Of a stretch of 64,000 nucleotides of DNA, positions 58,596-64,000 are shown piece by piece; positions within the stretch are counted from its first letter, which is position 1, and each line of letters begins with the position of its first letter. Source of the stretch: Betaproteobacteria bacterium (GTDB lineage: Bacteria > Pseudomonadota > Gammaproteobacteria > Burkholderiales > SG8-39). Under the pieces are notes generated by a model. It was not told the DNA's origin. It made no database searches and worked only from the letters and a program-made list of their open reading frames with translations. The stretch spans positions 3,152-67,151 of the forward strand of contig SHXR01000014.1 of NCBI GenBank assembly GCA_009693235.1. The letters are read 5' to 3'. Both the position numbers and the translations under genes were made by a program.

Positions 58596-59870
58596 ATGGA
58601 ACTCATTACGATCGGCTGGATCGGCATCATCGCATTGGTCACGCTGATCATGATCGGCGTGCCCCTCGCCTTTGCGATCGGTGTGGTCGCGATTCTTGGC
58701 AATATCGCCGTCGCCAACTACGCGCAGACCTCGCTGCAGCTCTATCAGGTGACGTTTCATCTCACCACCGAGTTCGTGTTGACCAGCGTGCCGCTCTTCA
58801 TCTTCATGGGGCAGCTCGTTTCGTCGAGCGGAATCGGGCGCGATGTTTACGAAGTCGTACACAAATGGCTGGGGCGACTCCCCGGCGGACTCGCGGTCAC
58901 ATCAGTCGTCTCCTGCGCGGGATTCGGGGCGGTGACCGGCATCAGCGCCGCGGCGGTCGCGACGCTTGGTACCATCGTCATGCTCGAGATGAAACGATAC
59001 GGCTATAGCGACCGCCTTGCGGCGGGCAGTCTGGCTTCCGCCAGCACCTTGGCAATCCTGATTCCACCAAGCCTTGCCATGGTGGTCTACGGCACCTGGA
59101 CCAGCACATCGATCGGCAAGCTGTTCATCGCCGGCATCATCCCGGGAATCTTCGTCACGATCGTGTATTCAGCCTACATTATCGGCGCGTGCATCGCCAA
59201 TCCAAAGCTTGGTCCGCGCTCGGAATTCTTTCCGCTCGCGGAACGCGTGCGCTCGCTGGTAAAGCTGCTGCCGGTGCTGGGCGTGTTCTTCTTTCTCATT
59301 GGCGGGCTCTATCTTGGCTGGTTCACGCCCACCGAAGGCGCGGCATCCGGCGCATTCGCCGTGATGGTGCTGCTCGCAGTGATGAAGCGCTTGACCTGGA
59401 AAGCGGTCGCCGATGCAGCGCGTCAGACGGCGCAACTCTCCGTCATGGTGTTCGCCATTCTCATTGCGGTGGGTCTCTTCAGCCGGTTCCTCGTGCTCAC
59501 CGATGTGACCGGCCAGATGGTGCAGTTCATCAATGCCTTCGGTCTGAACAAGTACGTCGTATTCATGATGATCGTCGTGCTCTATGTGATTCTCGGCATG
59601 TTCCTCGATGGTCTGGGCATGATGCTGCTCACGCTGCCGTTCGTGTTTCCGATTGTGCAAACGCTCGGCTTCGATCCGATCTGGTTCGGCATCATCATGA
59701 CCATCATGATCGAAATCGGCCTCCTTACCCCGCCGGTCGGCCTCAACTGCTACATCTTGGCGCAAATCGCGCCGCACATATCGCTCGGAGAAATTTTCCG
59801 GGGCGTCGTGCCGTTTACGATTTGGCCTGAGTTCGTCCTTTGGCTGCCCCAGCAGATGTTTGGCAAATAG
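58596..59870 (+). CDS. TRAP transporter large permease (DctM type)
   Basis: 424 aa, polytopic. Typical DctM segments such as LLTPPVGLNCY. Confidence 0.85.
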   Translation: MELITIGWIGIIALVTLIMIGVPLAFAIGVVAILGNIAVANYAQTSLQLYQVTFHLTTEFVLTSVPLFIFMGQLVSSSGIGRDVYEVVHKWLGRLPGGLAVTSVVSCAGFGAVTGISAAAVATLGTIVMLEMKRYGYSDRLAAGSLASASTLAILIPPSLAMVVYGTWTSTSIGKLFIAGIIPGIFVTIVYSAYIIGACIANPKLGPRSEFFPLAERVRSLVKLLPVLGVFFFLIGGLYLGWFTPTEGAASGAFAVMVLLAVMKRLTWKAVADAARQTAQLSVMVFAILIAVGLFSRFLVLTDVTGQMVQFINAFGLNKYVVFMMIVVLYVILGMFLDGLGMMLLTLPFVFPIVQTLGFDPIWFGIIMTIMIEIGLLTPPVGLNCYILAQIAPHISLGEIFRGVVPFTIWPEFVLWLPQQMFGK

Positions 59871-59937
59871 CCCGCGTAGGCGCTACACGTGTTATGGGTA
59901 GAATGATGGATCGCCTAGCAACCCACGGAGACAGGCC

Positions 59938-60480
59938 ATGGCATACGACCTCGACCAGCTCACCCGCGACCTGAACGAGACGCTCAAGCAAGGACAGGAC
60001 AAGCAAAAGATCGAGACGGTCCGCCAGCTATTGGCCAAGCTCCTCACCAATCAGGCTTTCGTGGCCAAGACCTGCGGTCCGCATGCCGAACCCGGCCTGC
60101 ACCTGATGTATGAAGACAAGGAGCTTGGCTTTCAGGTGCTCGCCCACATCAACGAGAAACACCGGAAGTCACCACCGCATGATCACGGCGAGTCCTGGGC
60201 CGTCTACGGACAGGCGATCGGCTACACCGATATGACTGAATATCGCCGGATCGATGATGGCAAACAACCGGACGTCACAAAAATCGAAGAAACCCGCCGC
60301 TACCGGCTGAATCCGGGCGAGGTGGGCGTGTATTCGCATGGTGCGATCCACGCCATCGACTATCCGGATAAATCGCGTTTCATCCGGATCACCGGCACCA
60401 ATCTCGATCAGATCTGGCGGGTGGCGTTCGATCAGGAAACCGGCCGCGTCAAACGGATGGGGCCACAGCAAGCCTCCTGA
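59938..60480 (+). CDS. cupin-fold protein (cysteine-dioxygenase-like / COG5553-like)
   Basis: SPPHDHGESWAVYG and GAIHAI suggest a metal-binding cupin. Tentative. Confidence 0.45.
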   Translation: MAYDLDQLTRDLNETLKQGQDKQKIETVRQLLAKLLTNQAFVAKTCGPHAEPGLHLMYEDKELGFQVLAHINEKHRKSPPHDHGESWAVYGQAIGYTDMTEYRRIDDGKQPDVTKIEETRRYRLNPGEVGVYSHGAIHAIDYPDKSRFIRITGTNLDQIWRVAFDQETGRVKRMGPQQAS

Positions 60481-60508
60481 ATAGGACCCTCTCCGAGCGA
60501 GACTCACG

Positions 60509-61489
60509 ATGGATACATTCCACGAGGCGATGGAAACGGCTGGCGTATTCGCGCTATGGGAACGCGACACCCACGAACCGGATGTCGAAAAGCCGCGGAG
60601 CTGGTCCTGGCAGGTCATGGATCCGTTGATCACAGCGGCGATCGGACAGACTTCGATGGCCGCCGCCGAACGCCGCGTGCTCGTTCTGAGCGATCCCTCG
60701 ATTCGGCAAGGCGCCAGCTACGGTGCGTGCGGCAATCTAGCGGTGAACCTACAAGTTTTAATGCCGGGTGAACGGGCGCGCCCGCATCGTCACACCATGC
60801 ATGCGCTTCGCTTTGTGTTGGAAGGACGCGGCGTGACCACCATCGTCGAAGGCAAGCGTTGCGTCATGAACCCAGGCGACATGATTCTCACGCCGGGATG
60901 GACTTGGCACGAGCATGTGCATGAAGGGACCGAGCGGAGCGTTTGGATCGATGCGCTGGATGTGCCCTTCCAGCGCTACCTGAAGAACGGCGTGTTCGAA
61001 CCCGGACCCGCGCATGATGTCGCAACGCTGCCGGCCGATGCGGCCTTCAGTGCGGCGGGATTTTCACCTGCTGCGACGATCGCGATGCCATACTCGCCGA
61101 TGTTCCGTTACCCATGGGAAGACGCCGTACAAGCCCTTGCATCCATCACACCGGCTGCGGACGGCTCCCGCCGGCTGCGCTACATCAATCCGACCACCGG
61201 TGGGCCAGTCATGTCAACGATTGACTGTTACCTCCTCGCGCTCGCCACAGGCCGCGATACCACCGCTTACCGCGTGAATAGCAACAGCGTCTACGTCGTG
61301 ATCGAAGGCGAAGGCGTCACTCGCATTGGCGAGACGCGCACGACATGGCGAAAACATGATGTCTTTACCCTGCCGCAGGGAAACTGGATCAGCCATTGCG
61401 CGACCAGTCGCGACGCGAAGCTCTTTGAGATCTCGGATCGGGAGATCGTGCGAAAGCTTGAACTGCTGCGCGAGGAAATCGCGACATAA
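60509..61489 (+). CDS. gentisate 1,2-dioxygenase-like bicupin dioxygenase
   Basis: ARPHRHTMHALRFVLEGRG...PGWTWHEH His-rich cupin motifs and a second cupin near the C-terminus (YVVIEGEG). Confidence 0.7.
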   Translation: MDTFHEAMETAGVFALWERDTHEPDVEKPRSWSWQVMDPLITAAIGQTSMAAAERRVLVLSDPSIRQGASYGACGNLAVNLQVLMPGERARPHRHTMHALRFVLEGRGVTTIVEGKRCVMNPGDMILTPGWTWHEHVHEGTERSVWIDALDVPFQRYLKNGVFEPGPAHDVATLPADAAFSAAGFSPAATIAMPYSPMFRYPWEDAVQALASITPAADGSRRLRYINPTTGGPVMSTIDCYLLALATGRDTTAYRVNSNSVYVVIEGEGVTRIGETRTTWRKHDVFTLPQGNWISHCATSRDAKLFEISDREIVRKLELLREEIAT

Positions 61490-62500
61490 CTAATCCAGTT
61501 TCGCTCCGGACGCTTTGACCGCCGGCCCCCACAGACGGGCGTCATTGGCAATGTATTCAGCGAAGCGTTCGGGAGTACCGCCGGCAGCTTCCATGCCAAC
61601 ACGTTGCAACGCCTCGCGAATATCTTTGGCACCCAGCACCTTCTGCATTTCCGCATTCAATCGCTGAATGACCTCTGGCGGTGTGCGCCTGGGTGCGAGC
61701 AAACCAAAGTACGAATTCACTTCGAAGCTTGGAATACCCGCCTCTATCGCGGACGGCACCTCGGGCAATTGCGTATAGCGCACACTGTTGGCGGTCACCA
61801 GCGCACGCACTTTGCCCGACTGGAGGTGTGAGCGAAAGGAGCCATAGGCTTCGATGATCACATGCACCGATCCGGCCAGCAAATCCGGCATCGCCGCCGC
61901 AACGGATTTGTACGGCACAAAGGTGAGATCCGTTCCGGTCGCCGCCATGAACATGAAGCCGGCCACATGCGGCAGCGTCCCGCTCGCACCGGCGAAATTG
62001 AGCCGTCCGGGCTTCGCTTTGGCGAGATCGACCAGTTCTCGCACATTGGTGGCCGGCACACCCGCATTGACGAACAGGACGAACGGCATCGTCGAGACCA
62101 TCACGACCGGTGCGAACGCACCGGATGGATCGAAGCCAAGATTGTTGCTCATATGCGGTAACACACTGAGCGTCGCGGTGATGGTCAGATAGAGCGTATA
62201 GCCATCGGGTGGCGAATTCGCCACCGCAGCCGCCGCGATCGTCGTCGCACCGCCCGGCCGATTCTCAATGACTACCGACTGGGCAAGGCCCTCCGCGAGT
62301 TTTGGTCCGAATAGCCGACTGACAATGTCGGGGCCCACGCCCGGTCCACTTGGGACGATGATCTTGATCGGCTTCGATGGAAAGGGTTGCGCATGGGCGG
62401 TCACTGCTGCACCCGCTATGAGGAGCGCGGCCATCGGGACAGCCGCACCAGAGCGGACCAAGCGCGTGGTGAGATCGAAAGTGTTTCTGATCGATAGCAT
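61490..62500 (-). CDS. Bug/TctC-family substrate-binding protein
   Basis: Start chosen at MLSIRNTF (62500). Signal peptide, then FPSKPIKIIVPSGPGVGPD, ENRPGG, and VPYKSVAAAMPDLLAGSV. Confidence 0.8.
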   Translation of the reverse strand: MLSIRNTFDLTTRLVRSGAAVPMAALLIAGAAVTAHAQPFPSKPIKIIVPSGPGVGPDIVSRLFGPKLAEGLAQSVVIENRPGGATTIAAAAVANSPPDGYTLYLTITATLSVLPHMSNNLGFDPSGAFAPVVMVSTMPFVLFVNAGVPATNVRELVDLAKAKPGRLNFAGASGTLPHVAGFMFMAATGTDLTFVPYKSVAAAMPDLLAGSVHVIIEAYGSFRSHLQSGKVRALVTANSVRYTQLPEVPSAIEAGIPSFEVNSYFGLLAPRRTPPEVIQRLNAEMQKVLGAKDIREALQRVGMEAAGGTPERFAEYIANDARLWGPAVKASGAKLD

Positions 62501-62631
62501 GCCGATTCCTGTTGGCGCGAGGGCGCGATACGCGAGCATGACTGTAGGGCCGCCCGGCGAAATGGTCAAATAGTCCATGGCGCTTGAATCGCGCGCCGAA
62601 GTGCGCGAAGCTATCGCCATCGGGAGATGCC

Positions 62632-63594
62632 ATGAAACGCGTACGGCTTGCACTACTCGCGGCAGCGTGTGTGATCGCAACGGGCACGGCTGCGCAAAGC
62701 TACCCGGTCAAGCCGATCCGATTGGTGGTGCCCTATTCGCCAGGCGGACCCAACGACACCGTCGGGCGCATCTTCGCGCAACGATTGAGCGATGTCATCG
62801 GCCAGCAGGTCATCGTCGAAAATCGCCCGGGCGGTGGTGGCAACATCGGTACTGAATATGTCGCGCGAGCCGCACCAGACGGTTACACCCTGCTCTCAGC
62901 GGGCATAGGAAGTACCGTCATCAATCCGCTCATCGGCAAGGTCAACTACGATCCGGAACGCGATTTTGTCCCGATCATGCTCATCGCCACCGCTCCCAAC
63001 GTGCTCGCGGTACATCCATCAACCGGTGTGAGCACGGTAGCTGAATTGATCGCACTCGCCCGGCAACGCCCCGGCAAACTCAATGCTGCCTCGAGTGGAT
63101 TGGGTAGTTCCACCCACCTGTCGGCCGTCTTGTTCGAAACCTTGGCCGGCATTCGGATTACGCACATTCCCCATAAGGGGTAGGCGCCCTCCGTGACCGC
63201 GTTGCTGTCGGGCGAAGTGGAAATGTCCTTTCTTGGCATCCCCAACATGCTGCCGCACTGGCGCTCAGGGAAATTGCGCGTGCTTGCAGTGGCGACCAAA
63301 CGCTGGTCGACGCAGATTCCGGATGTCCCAACCATCGCAGAATCCGGTCAGCCCGACTATGAGGTCAATGCGTGGTATGGCATCGCTGCGCCGGCCGGTA
63401 CCTCTTCTGCGATCGTGAGCAAACTCCATGCGGAGATGATGCGATTCGTCGACACCCCGGCCTACCGTGAAGCGCTGGCCGCCCAAGGTGCCGAGCCGGT
63501 ATCCAGCACACCCGAGGAGTTCGCCGCATTGTTGCGCGCCGACAAAGCAAACTGGACACGCATCATCAAAGAGCTTGGCATTCGCGGGGACTAA
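62632..63594 (+). pseudogene. Bug/TctC-family substrate-binding protein interrupted by an in-frame TAG
   Basis: An RBS (gggaga) and ATG at 62632. ORFs 62584..63183 and 63193..63594 share one frame. TAG at 63181-63183 replaces one residue in the conserved HIPHKG-x-APSVTALLSGEV block. Confidence 0.65.
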
Positions 63595-63598
63595 GGCG

Positions 63599-64000
63599 CT
63601 AGCCCACCGCCGCGCGCGGATCACGCGGCCGCCATCGCCCACGCTCCACCTGCCCGAAGAAATCCCGCACCACCTGATTGAAGAGGCCCGGCTCTTCGAG
63701 GTTCACCGCATGCCCGGTCTTCGGCACAGTCCAAAGGCCCGACATCGGAATGGTGCGCTTCAAGAACAGATTCGTTTCCAGGCAAGGATCGTCCTCATCG
63801 CCCACCACCAGCAAGGTCGGCACCAGCATGCTTCGAAATTGCGCGGTGAAGTCTTCCAGTGAGGGACGTCCGCCCTGATAGTGACGCATCGTCATGGCAG
63901 AACCTTCAGCCGAATGTTCGCCCAACATGCGCACGAACTCCGACCAACCACGGGGATCTTTGTTGAGCAGTTGAATCCGCGTGGGCGAAACGCCACTCGA
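63599..64000 (-). CDS. alpha/beta hydrolase, C-terminal part (gene continues past the window end)
   Basis: C-terminus PTLLVVGDEDDP...GHAVNLEEP, typical of alpha/beta hydrolases. The frame stays open upstream to the window edge. Confidence 0.5.
   Translation of the reverse strand, partial: SSGVSPTRIQLLNKDPRGWSEFVRMLGEHSAEGSAMTMRHYQGGRPSLEDFTAQFRSMLVPTLLVVGDEDDPCLETNLFLKRTIPMSGLWTVPKTGHAVNLEEPGLFNQVVRDFFGQVERGRWRPRDPRAAVG

Noticed and set aside
49594-63183. Possibility that the two in-frame TAG codons reflect recoding (pyrrolysine or amber suppression).
   Set aside because: TAG is used as a normal stop by several well-defined genes here, for example at 1414, 24936, 48093 and 48222. No pyl genes or suppressor tRNA are visible in the window. 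Nonsense mutation or error is simpler.

Overview
GC-rich chromosomal segment, probably from a Burkholderiales-type betaproteobacterium. That placement is an inference from three Bug/TctC-family binding proteins, TRAP and Liv-type transporters, and the aat-bpt and rnfB-like-nth gene neighbourhoods. I call about 60 protein-coding genes. Coordinates 1-24.9 kb and 48-64 kb hold accessory catabolic and transport clusters: aldo/keto reductase, SDRs, GMC oxidoreductase, Rieske oxygenase plus Rieske ferredoxin, two acyl-CoA ligases, an ACAD-fold flavoenzyme, a MetE-like protein, haloacid dehalogenase, a gentisate-dioxygenase-like cupin, LLM monooxygenase and hydrolases. Coordinates 27-48 kb are a conserved housekeeping block: NUDIX, Tat-Rieske protein, aat, bpt, RnfB-like ferredoxin, nth, two monohaem cytochromes c, a MoxR/VWA pair, a 1384-aa MASE1-PAS-GGDEF-EAL sensor, htpG, M16 peptidase, greB and a DegP-type protease. 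I saw no rRNA, tRNA, CRISPR array, transposase, integrase or recognisable defence system. Three signals stand out. (1) A 95-bp TA-flanked MITE-like element occurs four times within 12 kb, and three copies begin exactly on the stop codon of a gene. (2) Gene-disrupting lesions are unusually dense: homopolymer-associated frameshifts, two in-frame TAG codons, and a deletion that fuses a truncated ferredoxin-reductase to a truncated exporter. This means either real gene decay or an indel-prone assembly. (3) A binding-protein-less ABC importer operon couples an ACAD-fold flavoenzyme, a MetE-like Zn protein, a CoA ligase and a now-broken reductase, and I cannot assign it a pathway. All functional calls rest on motif and family recognition by eye. 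No database search was run.
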